Position numbers and translations under genes: made by a program. The notes under the pieces are model-generated. The model saw nothing but the letters and a program-made list of their open reading frames with translations, searched no databases and had not been told where the DNA came from. Positions 42,181 to 53,369 of a stretch of DNA of 64,000 nt are shown piece after piece; position 1 is the first letter of the stretch; the number at the start of each line of letters is the position of its first letter. Source of the stretch: Balamuthia mandrillaris (taxonomy: Eukaryota); the NCBI GenBank assembly GCA_031835245.2, contig JAVKOQ020000064.1, positions 62,001 through 126,000 on the forward strand, written 5' to 3'.

Positions 42181-42350
42181 TTTTTTTCTTTTCATTTTTT
42201 TTCTTTTTTTTTATTTTTTTCATTTTTTTCATTTTTTTCATTTTTTTCATTTTTTTCATTTTTTTTTCATTTTTTAAATATTTTTATATTTTTTTATATT
42301 TTTTACATTTTTTTTAACATTTTTTTTCATTTTTTTTAACATTTTTTTTT
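42181..42350. repeat. AT-rich (TTTTTTTCA)n-type low-complexity array
   Basis: Directly visible intergenic T-rich units of about 9 bp. Confidence 0.8.
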
Positions 42351-42415
42351 CAACAAAACAAAAAAAAAGAAAGTCGTTTGATGTTAAAAAAAAAAAAACA
42401 AAAAGCAAAAAAGAA

Positions 42416-44122
42416 CTAGTTGGTGGCAAGGGAAGAGGCAGGAAGGGGCCGGTGGAGGCAGCTCTGGCTGCAACACAACAGCTCCCACCGCACTCCTCTT
42501 TCCTCGTCCCAATGCCTCCTCACCATCCTTTCCCTTCCTTCTCCTGCATTCATCTCCTCCTCTTCCTCTTCCTCCGCTTCTGCCTCCAAAAACAGGTGTT
42601 CACAAACATCACATCTCCTCTGCAACCTTTCCAGTCGTTCCTTCACCTCTTCCGGCAGCACCACCTCCATGATGACCTCCTCCACACTCCCTTCTCCTTC
42701 TTTTTCTATCCCTTCTTCTTTTGTTCCTTGCTGCTGGCTCGTGCTCCTTGCCATCGGCAGAGAAGAAGAAGAAGAAGAAGAAGAAGAAGAAGAAGAAGAA
42801 GAAGAACAAGAAGAAGAAGAAAGCCAAGCGAAGGACGAGGCTGGAACGGAGCTCAACAGGCCGGGCGGCAAAAGCTGGTTCCTCAGCACCGCCTCTCCGC
42901 TCAAATGCCACAGACTCTTCGCTGTGGCCTGGTTGCTCCTCATCGGCGATGATCGATTGGGTTTTGCTCTGGCCTTCTTCTGTTCCTCCTCTTCCATGTG
43001 CTTGGGACGTGGTTCTTGCTGGTGCTGAAAGGGTTGAAGGAAGAGCGCGCGCAAGGACGGAAGAAGGCGAACCATGGAGCAAGGCAATGCCGCCAAGGGG
43101 TTACCATCCAGTTCGAAACACCTGAGGGCGCTCAGCCGGCCGAACTCTCTCGGCAAGGAGGTCAGCTGGTTGTCGTTGAGGTGGCAGGCCCGTAGAGCGG
43201 AGAGCTGGGCAAACTCTCTCGGCAAGGAGACCAGCTTGTTGTTGGAGAGGTTGCAGTACCAAAGAGCGGAGAGCTGGCCAAACTCGCGTGGCAAGGCGGT
43301 CAGCTTGTTGCAGGAGAGGTCGCAGTCGGTAATACCAGCGAGCTGGCCAAGCTCTCTCGGCAAGGCGGTCAGCTCGTTGTTGGAGAGGTGGCACTCCGTG
43401 AGGGCGGTGAGCCGGCCAAACTCCCTCGGCAAGGCGGTCAGCTTGTTGTTGTTGAGCTCACAGTACCTGAGAGCGGAGAGCTGGCCAAACTCTTTCGGCA
43501 AGGAGGTCAGTCTGTTGTTGGAGAGGTTGCACTCCGTGAGAGCGGTGAGCTGGCCAAACTCTCTCGGCAGGAATGAAAGCTTGTTGTTGGAGAGGTTGCA
43601 CTCTGTGAGAGCGGAGAGCCGGCCAAACTCCCTTGGCAAGGCGCTCAGTTGGTTGTTGGAGAGGTTGCAGTGGGTGAGAGCGGTCAGCCGACCAAACTCG
43701 CTTGGCAAGGCGGTCAGCTCGTTGTTGTGGAGGTAGCAAGACCGTAGAGCGGCGAGCTGACCAAACTCCCTCGGTAAGGCGGTCAGCTCGTTGTTGCTGA
43801 GGTAGTAGAGGGTGAGAGCGGTGAGCTGACCACACTCCCTCGGCAAGGAGGTCAGTTCATTGTTGTGCAGGTCGCATTGCGTGAGAGCGGTGAGCTGACC
43901 GAACTCCCTCGGCAAGGAGGTCAGCTGGTTGTTGTGAAGGTAGCAAGACCTTAGAGCGGCCAGCCGGCCAAACTCCCTCGGCAAAGCGGTCAACCCTTTG
44001 AAGGAGAGGTCGCAGGCGGTGGAGTGCGCAAAGGGTCGGAGCAGGGAGGGAAGCGCTTCGCTATTTTCCCCCTCTTCATTCTTGTCCAGGGCCGGTGCTT
44101 CTCGTCCATGACTGTCCTCCAT
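42416..44122 (-). CDS. LRR protein paralog A (14 LRRs) with C-terminal BC-box-like and Cys-rich Zn motif (LRRC58/LRRC28-like layout)
   Basis: 23-aa repeats LxxCxLxxNxLxxLPREFGxLxA. Tail KSLWHLSGEAVLRN...LPEEVKERL..RCDVCEHLF...LCCSQSC. Intronless. Confidence 0.88.
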   Translation of the reverse strand: MEDSHGREAPALDKNEEGENSEALPSLLRPFAHSTACDLSFKGLTALPREFGRLAALRSCYLHNNQLTSLPREFGQLTALTQCDLHNNELTSLPRECGQLTALTLYYLSNNELTALPREFGQLAALRSCYLHNNELTALPSEFGRLTALTHCNLSNNQLSALPREFGRLSALTECNLSNNKLSFLPREFGQLTALTECNLSNNRLTSLPKEFGQLSALRYCELNNNKLTALPREFGRLTALTECHLSNNELTALPRELGQLAGITDCDLSCNKLTALPREFGQLSALWYCNLSNNKLVSLPREFAQLSALRACHLNDNQLTSLPREFGRLSALRCFELDGNPLAALPCSMVRLLPSLRALFLQPFQHQQEPRPKHMEEEEQKKARAKPNRSSPMRSNQATAKSLWHLSGEAVLRNQLLPPGLLSSVPASSFAWLSSSSCSSSSSSSSSSSSSSSLPMARSTSQQQGTKEEGIEKEGEGSVEEVIMEVVLPEEVKERLERLQRRCDVCEHLFLEAEAEEEEEEEMNAGEGRERMVRRHWDEERGVRWELLCCSQSCLHRPLPASSLATN

Positions 44123-44284
44123 TGCTCCTTCTGGGTACCAAATGTTTCTGGTGTGCACGTTCACCATTATTTGGTGTTATAATAATTAATATAAGACTTA
44201 TATTAATGAATTGAAAACTCTATCGTGCACCGGGTGCCTTCTTGTTCCTCGGTTCGTTCGTTCCACGCTTTCTTCCTCGCTCGC

Positions 44285-44359
44285 GTGTCTGGCCAACCAA
44301 GAGATGCAGTCGCTTTACTCTCCTCCATGAATCGTAGCATCTCTCGGTTGGCCAGACAC
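44285..44359 (-). other. 23-bp-stem inverted repeat (pre-miRNA-like hairpin)
   Basis: Arms 44285-44307 (GTGTCTGGCCAACCAAGAGATGC) and 44337-44359 (GCATCTCTCGGTTGGCCAGACAC). The single mismatch is G:U on the minus strand. Loop 29 nt. Confidence 0.7.
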
Positions 44360-44587
44360 TCTGCTGCATCTCCTCAGTTGCTGCTAGATGCTCTAACAAG
44401 AAAAGCGTTCCTGCCTGCCTGGAAGAGGGTAAAAGCAGAAGGGCAGAAAGAAGAACGGAATGTACCATTTCCAACCGAGAGAGAGAGAGAGAGAGAGAGA
44501 AGAGAAAACCTATTTTATTCAAAAGAATCTACTATTCTCTGCGCCAGTGCTGCTACTGTGACAACCACTTCTTGTGGGTGGGAATAA

Positions 44588-45886
44588 CTACTTGGTGGCA
44601 AGGGAACAGGCGGGAAGAGGCTGGCGGAAGCAGCTCTGGCTGCAACACAATAACTCCCACCACACTCCTCTGTTCTTATCCCAATACCTTCTCACCACTC
44701 CCCTTGCTTCCCCTCCGCCTTCTTTCTCTTCCTCCGCCGCTTCTGCCTCCAAAAACAGGTGTTCACAAACATCACATCTTCTTTGTAACCTTTCCAGTCG
44801 TTCCTTCACTTCTTCTGGCAGCACCACCGCCATGATGACCTCCTCTCCTTCTTCTTTCCGTTTTTCTTTTGTTCCTGCGTGCTGGTTTGTGCTCCTCTCT
44901 GTCTGCAGAGAAGAAGAAAGCCAAGTGAATGGCGGGCTTGGAACAGTGCTCAACAGGCCTGTGGGCAAAAGCTGGTTTCTCAACACTGCCTCTCCGCTCA
45001 AGTGCCACAAACTTTTCACTGTTGCCCGGTTGTTCCTCATCAGCGGAGCTTGGTCAGGCTTCTTCTTCTCCTCTTGCTTTTCAACATTCTCTTCACCATC
45101 TTCTGTGTGTTTGGGAGGTGCTTCTTGCTGGTGAAAGGGCTGAGGCGGGCGTGTGCGCAAGTACCGAAGAAGGCAAGCCATGGAGCAAGGCAGTGCTGCC
45201 AAGGGGTTACTATCCAGGGTGAAATTCTTGAGAGCGGACAGCCGACCAAACTCCCTCGGCAAGCATGAGAGTTTGTTGTGGTTGAGGTAGCACTCAGTGA
45301 GAGCAGAGAGCTGGCCGAACTCCCTCGGCAAGGCGCTCAGCTTGTTGTTGTGGAGGAAGCAGCATCTGAGCCTGCGGAGCTGGCCAAACTCCCTCGGCAA
45401 GGAGCTCAGCTTGTTGCCAGAGAGGTCGCAGATGGTGAGAGCGGTGAGTCGGCCAAACTCCCTCGGCAAGGACCTCAGCTTGTTGCCGGAGAGGTTGCAA
45501 GAGGTGAGAGCACGGAGCTGGCCAAACTCCCTCGGCAAGGAGGTCAGCCTGTTGTCGGAGAGGTCGCAATCAGTGAGAGCGGTGAGCTGGCCAAACTCTC
45601 TCGGCAAGGTGGTCAGCTCGTTGTTGTGGAGGTCGAAGTAAGTGAGGGCGGCGAGCCGACCAAACTCCCTCGGCAGGGCGGTCAGCTCGTTGTCGTTGAG
45701 CTCGCAGCAGGCAAGAGCGGTGAGCCGGCCAACGGCGCTGGGCAAGGAGGTCAAGCCATTGCAGGAGAGGTTGCAGGCGGTGGAGTGCGCAAAGGGTTGG
45801 AGCAGGGAGGGAAGTGCCGCTGCGTTGCTTGCACTGCTCTCTCCCTCCTCCTCCTCCTTGTCTCTCGGCGTGCTTTGTCCCTGCAT
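44588..45886 (-). CDS. LRR protein paralog B (9 LRRs), same N-cap and BC-box/Zn tail
   Basis: N-cap ALPSLLQPFAHSTACNLS, LPREFGQL repeats, SLWHLSGEAVLRN, RCDVCEHLF, LCCSQSC. Confidence 0.88.
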   Translation of the reverse strand: MQGQSTPRDKEEEEGESSASNAAALPSLLQPFAHSTACNLSCNGLTSLPSAVGRLTALACCELNDNELTALPREFGRLAALTYFDLHNNELTTLPREFGQLTALTDCDLSDNRLTSLPREFGQLRALTSCNLSGNKLRSLPREFGRLTALTICDLSGNKLSSLPREFGQLRRLRCCFLHNNKLSALPREFGQLSALTECYLNHNKLSCLPREFGRLSALKNFTLDSNPLAALPCSMACLLRYLRTRPPQPFHQQEAPPKHTEDGEENVEKQEEKKKPDQAPLMRNNRATVKSLWHLSGEAVLRNQLLPTGLLSTVPSPPFTWLSSSLQTERSTNQHAGTKEKRKEEGEEVIMAVVLPEEVKERLERLQRRCDVCEHLFLEAEAAEEEKEGGGEARGVVRRYWDKNRGVWWELLCCSQSCFRQPLPACSLATK

Positions 45887-46206
45887 TACCCAGCCGGCTT
45901 TCTTTTATGATTGTGGATTGGTGCGGTGGGAAACGAAGATCATATCCATAACAGATCAATGTCGACATGGTGAAATTCGACGAAATTATAGAAGGAAGGG
46001 AAACTTGGAAGAAAACTCAGCAAAAATTGAGGGATTCGAAGAACGAAGAAAACAAGAAAAAAGATTTATTTTTTTTTGCTGTCGGTTAAAAAAAAAAACG
46101 GCTTTTTGATTCAGCGAGGAAGGAAGGCCCCCTTAGAAAAGAAGTATTCCTGCTTGCTACATCAACACACACACACACTGTGAAAAAAAAAACTTTTACC
46201 AAAACG

Positions 46207-46626
46207 ATGAGTTTCTTGAGTTCGGTGGACAAGAGCCTGTTGCGGTTTTGTTTGGAGCACAGTGACGGCCCCAAGGAAGGGACTCCTTCCACCCTCGGGA
46301 ACCGACCCAAAGAGGTTCGTCTCCCCCTCTCTTTCTCTCTCTCCTTTTGTTCCCTCTCTGTTTTTTTTTTTTTCACACACCAAAGCAAAAAATAAAGGAT
46401 TATGAGTGGCTGAAAGAGGCGCTGAAAAGCGTGGAGACGGATGCGCAAAGGATGAAGCGCTGCGCGGAGACGCTGAGAAGGGAGGACGGGTCGGTGGAAG
46501 AGAAGAAGAACGCTTTGATGGAGATTCAATTCTTGGTGGAGGACATTGATAACGCCAACGGTACCTTATTGTTCCTCTGTTCTTTCTTTCTTGTCGTTTC
46601 TTTCTTGTCGTTTCCTTCTTGTCTTT

Positions 46627-46678
<52 letters not shown>

Positions 46679-46708
46679 GCTTGTCGTTTCTTGTCGTTTC
46701 TTGTCGTT

Positions 46709-46764
<56 letters not shown>

Positions 46765-46818
46765 GGCGTTTCTTTCTTCTTTCTTTCTTTCTTTCTTTCT
46801 TGGCGTTTCTTTTCTTCT

Positions 46819-46917
<99 letters not shown>

Positions 46918-48262
46918 TGTCGTTTCTTTCTTTCTTTCTTTCTTTCTTTCTTGTCGTTTCTTTCTTTCTTGTCGTTTCTTTGCTTTTTTTTTTCACAACA
47001 CTTTAGCTTATACTTCTTTCTTCACCACAGATCTGCACAAAGTGGATGGATTGGTTCCTGTCGTGGAACACATGTCACATCCCTCGGCAACCATTCGTGC
47101 GTGGAGCGCATGGGTGCTCTCCACCGTCGTCCAAAACAATCCCATCGCACAACAAGAAGCTCTCCGACATGACGCTTTGCCGAAAGCCATTTCTCTTCTT
47201 GCTTCTTCTTCTTCTGCTTCTTCTCCTTCTCCTTCTTCAGAACAACAAGACCAACAAGGCAACGCAGAAAGTGAAGTAGAGAAAAAACAACAAGAAAAGG
47301 AAGACGAAGTTCAACTGAAGATGAAAGCATTGAGTTTGATTTCTGCTCTCGTTCGTCACAACCCGATCGCAATGCGACAATTCGTGGAGGAGAGTAACGG
47401 AATCTCTTTGCTGGCAGACATCATTCGAGTCTACGCTCGAAACGATGCCGCTTCTTTCTACGACGGTGATGACATGGAAACTAAAACAGAAGAAAAAGAA
47501 GACGAAGAACAGACGAAGGAGACAAAGAAGGAGAGGAAGATAGCTTCAATTCGACAACAACACGGACTTTACACGAGAACGGCGTTCTTCTTGAAGCATC
47601 TCGCAGCAGCAGAGGAGCTGCGGCAGGAAACACAACAACGAGCAAAAGAGTTGGGCGTGGTTGCTGCCATGACAAGTTTGTTGCAACGTCATATCGCTCT
47701 CGTACTGAAGGAAGAAGAAGAAGAAGAAAGAAATAGAGAACAGCAGAAGAGAAAGGAAGAAGAGAAAGAAAAAGACAAAGACAAAAACCAAGAAGCAGAG
47801 GCAGAAGAGGAAGAATCCATTTGGTTGGAGATAAGAGAGAAAACAGCAGCAGCACTTGTGGAACTGCTGCGTGGTCATCCTCCTGCTATCTCTGAGTGTA
47901 CTGCCTCCCAACTTCCGAAGGTACGTTCTTACTCTTCGCTACGTCTCTCCATATGCTTTTTTTAAATAACTCTTTGCGTGAACTAACCTTTGACTTGCAC
48001 GCAACAGAGTTCTTTGCTGCGTCTGAAAGCAATCAGGAGCATGGCAGAGGAGCATCAAGACAAGTTTCAACAAGAGATGGATGAACTGAAGGAACTTTAC
48101 CGCGTTCTCATCACCCCTTCCACCTCTTCTTCTTCCTCCGTTTCTTCCTCTCAACCACAACAGGAGAGCGGACCGACCATTCGACAAGTCACTCACCAAC
48201 AATTGCAACAACAACAGCAACAGCAACCTCCTCTGCTGCTGCTCCAGCCCACACGGCCTTGA
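46207..48262 (+). CDS. FES1: Hsp70 nucleotide exchange factor Fes1/HspBP1
   Basis: SLLRFCLEHSD..EWLKEAL..DAQRMK..LVEDIDNANDLHKVDGL..AWVLSTVVQNNPIAQ..KALSLISALVRHN (ARM repeats). Confidence 0.9.
46585..46980 (+). repeat. (TTTC)n microsatellite with TTGTCG interruptions, in a FES1 intron
   Basis: Directly visible. Confidence 0.92.
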
Positions 48263-48339
48263 TGGATAAACTTCGAAGCAATGCTTTATCTGTCTGTCAA
48301 TAAAAGGTTACATTTATTTTTGTATCTTCTGTTGTTTTA

Positions 48340-48645
48340 CGCTCAGCACCACTTGTTGGTCTTGGAACAGTGCTCAACAGGCCGGGTGGTAAAAGCTGGT
48401 TCCTCAGCACCGCCTCCTCGCTCAAGTGCCACAGGCTCTTCACTTTTTTCCTGGTTCTTCCTCCTGAACGGTGCTTGCTTGTCACTCTGTGTTCTTTTCC
48501 TCCTCGTCGTCGTCATGCTCTTCAAGCCATTGCAGGGAGGTTGCAGACGGTGGCGTGTGCAAAGGGTTGGAGCAAGGAGGGAAGCGCTTCGCTTTTCTCT
48601 CTCCCTCGCCCTATTCCTTCTCCACCTCTTTCTTGTCCGTCCCAA
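48340..48645 (-). pseudogene. Relic of the LRR/BC-box family: N-cap joined almost directly to the BC-box, LRR array lost
   Basis: SEALPSLLQPFAHATVCNL, then a frameshift (CTCCCTGCAATGGCTTG versus paralog B CTCTCCTGCAATGGCTTG), then about 70 nt later VKSLWHLSEEAVLRNQLLPPGLLSTVP. Confidence 0.85.
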
Positions 48646-49386
48646 CCTCCTCTATCAAGAGAGCCAAACCCGCTATTAAAGTGTTGTGCTTCGTTTGTTG
48701 AATTGAACAAACAGCCTGCGATACCTTACACTGAAAGATTTAACAAAAGCATACAGCTAAGCAAGGTTGTTGTGGTTGCTGCCTTCCTTGTCTTGTTGTT
48801 CTTTCCTTACTTCCCTTCTGCGTTACCTATAATTGCCCTCTAAAGTTGTTTTACGTAAAACTCTCAGCAGCACCAGTGCTTGGGCTTGTTGGGTTATCAT
48901 GTCCTGTTTTTTCTCCAGCCATTGTTGATGCTGCTCATCGAGAGTCTTGAGCTGTTGTTGGTGCGTCTTGTGGAGTTGGGGGGTGGTACAGCCTGATGTT
49001 CTCCAGCAGGGCCTGAGTGCATAGGACGTCGTGTTGCCTTTGAAGTGTCAAAAACAATAAAGTGCCTCCTAACTCGTGCCGCTTCTGCCCGCTCGGACTG
49101 ACACTTGTTGTCTTTCGTTGCATCATTTCGAGAACTCCTCGGGGAACAGAAGACGCACAGAAAAACGAGATGGCGCTGCTAACGGGTGGTCGAGTGTTCA
49201 CTTTTGAGTGTTGCTGAGGAAAGTTAGCATACTTGCACAAAAGAGAATTCTTCTTAAGTACCTTTCGCTTCTCTCCTCTTGTCTCTGTCTCTCTTTTCTT
49301 ATTCTTTGACACATGTTGTTTGTAATGCATAAACTCATTTCTTGAAACTTCATAACTAGCACAAAAATGAACACATAACAAACATT

Positions 49387-50617
49387 TCATTCCTCCTTGG
49401 CCCATTCCTTGTGCAACCTTTGCACGATTTCCTCGGGCTCAAGTGCTATGAGCATGTTGCCTCTCTTCTGCCATACCATCTTCTTTGCCCAAGTGGTTTG
49501 TCCAAGGCGAACGCCAGGCCTGACCTCCACTTGAAGAAGATAGTACTTGTCGGTTGATGAAGGGGATATAAGCTCATGCCAGATATCGATAACCTCTGAG
49601 TCATCCGAAATCGGTGGCCAAAGGAATCGCAGTTCGCGTTGAATGATCAGTTTGACCTTGTCCAGTTCGTTGGAAGAAAGCTTGATCCCGTGGATTGTTT
49701 TGGTATCATGGATTCCGTACCAGATGCTTCCTCCTTTGCCTGTATTCAAAAATCCACATACATAGGCAGCCAAGCCCTTCATACTTGCTTTTTCAACAAG
49801 CACGTTGCTTACATGCTCGCAATTCCATTCTTGATCTGGTTTCACTCCTCCTTTAAATTCATTTCTATCGTCTTCGTCCTCCTCCATCTCCATTCCACGC
49901 AGGAACACACGTTGTGAAAGGCAACTTTTCAACGCGTTCCATGCATCCAGATCCTTTGTTGCCAAGCGCTCCAACATCGCTTTGGCGGCTTCATGCTTTG
50001 CGATGGCAATACTAGAGAAAGGTCCTTTTTCCTCCTTGAGGACACAGCCATTCTCGAGCTTCAAATGGCAGTAATAAACATAGCCCACCTGTTGGGTTTC
50101 AACTCGTTGGCTACCACTTTCAAAGTCATTCGCTTTGAAATTGATAGCACGTTCGTTAAAAAATAATAAAATATGCAAAACAAAAGTATAAAAATGAATA
50201 AAGCATACTTAGTTTTTTCTTTGCCAAGTAGTTGTGCAGGGCAGCAAAGGGGCTGGGTTGTAACGGCTGACTTGTCCTGGATGCCTTTGGAAGGTCTGCA
50301 AAGTCTTTCAGCCAAACGGATGCGAGGTGGGCTTGTACAACTTTCTTCTTGGTGAACCATTTGGCTGGCTCGACTTCACAGCGTTGCCCTTTGAATTCTA
50401 ACGAGCCGTAAAACAATTTCGTTTGTTTGTCTTGCTGAATAGTCCAACCAGGCAACTGATCTTTGGATGCTAGCTCGTTCAACAAACACAACGGTGTGGA
50501 GTCATAGGTGTGCTCTGACGCGCGCTCGTCCTCATCTATTGCATCGTTACCAACTGCTTCCGCTCTTCCATCTTCTTTGTGCTCTTGTTCCTTTTCTTTG
50601 TCTTTTCCGCCTTCCAT
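49387..50617 (-). CDS. Two dsRNA-binding-like domains fused to a Schlafen/AlbA_2 nuclease domain (intron 50133-50208)
   Basis: dsRBD-like segments TPLCLLNEL...FYGSLEF..FTKKKVVQAHLASVWL and SPFAALHNYL...YYCHLKL..FSSIAIAKHEAAKAMLERL. AlbA_2 motifs EDDRNEFK, YVCGFLNTGKGGSIWYGIHD..IHGI, LWPPI, LLQVEV. Confidence 0.8.
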
Positions 50618-50707
50618 GATGCACCGCCGGTCTTGTCAACACAACTGTTCAAACTAAAGGAGAGGTAAGGAAAAAAAAAGGAACAAGCGTGGGAAGAACG
50701 GAAAGAG

Positions 50708-50759
<52 letters not shown>

Positions 50760-50985
50760 CACCGCGTTGTCGAAAAGAAAATGAATGAGCAACAGCTTTA
50801 ATGGAGGAATGATGATTATTTTGGTCAATTGTTGAATGAAGGCGGTGTCCTGGACAATGGCAACGAGAGAGGAGAGGAGAACGCAGAGAGGGGGAGAGAG
50901 AGTGGGGGGTCTCCCAAAAAGGACAACACCTTGCCTTCTCTGCTATTTTAGCTGGTGGCAATTTCTGTCGACTGCTTCGCTTTAG

Positions 50986-51021
<36 letters not shown>

Positions 51022-51131
51022 AGGGAGGAGAAGAGAAGAGAAAAACAGGACGTCGTCGTCGTTTGTATAAAACTGCTTTTTTGTGGTGTTCGTGAAGCAA
51101 AAAAAAGGAACTTTGTTTCTTTGTTTTTTTG

Positions 51132-53338
51132 TTAGGCAACGTAGCTGTACATGTCCTTCTGCCCCTCGACGCGCTCCAAGTACTCCTTCTCGATGAGGAT
51201 GTCTATGCACTTCTTGATGACCTGCACGCGCGGCTTGAAGCGCGTCTGCAGCTGCGAGATCACCTCCGAGATGAGCGCGCTGTGCTGCAACCGCTTCCTC
51301 ATCTTCATGATACGCACGATGGCGGCCTGGATCTGCAGCTTGCGGTCCTCCTCGACGGCCTTGTGCGTCTCCTTGCTCTCCTCCTCGCGGGCCTGACGGA
51401 TGGGAATGTTGATGTTGACCTTTTGTCTCTTGCTGCGGAAGCCGACGTTGACCATGAAGGTGGACTCCTTTTCGATGGTGGGGTCCTCGTCCTTGTCGCC
51501 GCCGTCACCTCCTTTGTCGCTGCTCGACGAGGCTCCTGCTCCTGCCATCTTCAATACTTTTGTCTTGATAAGAGACTAAAGAGAGAGAGAGGGGAGAAAA
51601 GGTCAACAAGAGAAATGGAGTGAAAAAAAAAGGAGAAAAGAAAAGACAAAGCAATAACGTACAAGAAGAGTATTCTTGAGAGTGCTATCAGTGAGTTGCG
51701 TGGCGATCTGCAGCTCCTCCGTGGTCATCTTGTCGGTGCTGTTAAACTGCAGCAACACGCCCATCTGATAGGTGGATGTCACAAAGGTATAGCTCTTGCC
51801 ATAGCGCGACTTGAGCTCTCCCTTGCTTAGCTGATGCAACCAGTTTAGCTTCCTGCCCGAGTGCTGCGCCTGATAAAACTTGACAAAGAGCTGCTCGCAG
51901 ACCTCGAGATCCTTGGGGATGGTGAAGTTGGTGGAGGGAGGCTGCAGGGGCCAAGAGCCGGTGGCCAGCACGAGCACGTTAAAGTCCACGCCAACGTCCT
52001 GTCCGCTCTCCTCGAGGTGGTTCTTGAAGCGCTCGAGCAAGTCTCTGCTGACGGACATGTCAGTGAACATGCGCTGAAGCTTGGAGGTGTACTCATAGCC
52101 GCAAGCGGACTTGAGCTTGCCGATCATGGTGCCCTCCAGATCCTCCGAGGCAGAGGCCCCGTGGATGAGACGCTTGGCCAAGTTCTTGGAGTAGAACGTT
52201 TGGAAGACGTCCTTGTCCTCAATGTACTTGAAGACGGTCATCACGTCGTTGAGCAGCTGCTCCATGGCCTGTTCTTCCGGATTCTTGGCGCTCTTCTTGA
52301 GAAGGCCGTCGGTGAAGCGAGCCAGGAGCTCAGGAGACTTGCTGGCGGAGCGAGCAATCTTGCAGACTGCGTTCTCGTTGATGAAGCTGCGGCAGGCTTT
52401 GTCCAAGCTAGCCACAAAGCCAGAGTCGTTGCGGAAGGAACCTACAACGAGGGCGTTGTATTTTTTGTATACACCCAAGATAGTCTCCACGTATTGAGTG
52501 GGGTCGGTGATGGCTGTCTTGGCCACTTCCTGAATGGCCTGTTTGCCGACCTGAGTAACGTGTTTCTCGAAAGTGGTGCGCAAGGGCTCGAGGCCGCGAA
52601 CGATCCGAGATAACAACTTGTACATTCGCGTCAAGTCTGTATTTGGAGTGAAAAAATAAACGTGAGCAAGAGAAAGAGAAGGAAAGAGAAATGAAACAAA
52701 GAATGAACGCTAAACACAGAAACAAAGAATATGAAAATCAAACCATCAATCTTATCGTCGTTAAGCATGTTCTGGAAATCAGTTCGGAGAGTGTCAATGT
52801 GCTTCTCGATGAGCACTCGATCACAGGTGTTGATGAGCTCCGTCTCAGTGGAGGAATGCAAGTACTGCTGCACGCGCCTCTGTTCCTCCGCCAAACGGAG
52901 TTCCACCTTCTTCATGTACTCAGCCACGCTGTTGGTGGCAATGAATTGAGTGGACTCAGCGGTATAGTAGACTTCGGTGGCGTGGATAAAGTCATCCTCA
53001 AAGTGCTCCTTGTAGATCTCGAGGGTAGTCTCCTTTGGCTTCTCCTTGTTGAGGCCGAGGCGGACATAGCCGTTGACCACCACGCTGACGAGATGCGTGT
53101 TGATCTGTTCGCCGTTGCGTTCCTTCTCGACCAGCGCTAAGAGAGCGTTGGTCAGACGCGTTTTCTGTGGGTGGAAGAGGTGATCGCGCCAGATGACCAA
53201 AGAGAGCTATTTTTATGATTTTGTTGTGTAAGAAAGAGACGAGCACAGAAAACCAGAGCAGAGAAGAAACATACTGTATAGATATCGTAGACTTCCTTCT
53301 TACCGTCGTCAGCCTCTCGTTTGATCCAGTGACGATTC

Positions 53339-53369
<31 letters not shown>

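Noticed and set aside
42998..45910. Antisense ORFs with regular repeats, and a possible CRISPR-like periodicity of 69 bp
   Set aside because: Shadows of the LRR coding repeats; the periodicity equals 23 codons in an open frame.
48850..49405. Minus-strand 156-aa ORF downstream of the Schlafen gene
   Set aside because: No recognisable motif; it overlaps the probable 3'UTR and cannot be supported.
51129..53140. Long plus-strand ORFs overlapping CUL1
   Set aside because: Antisense shadows caused by the GC3-rich codon usage of CUL1.
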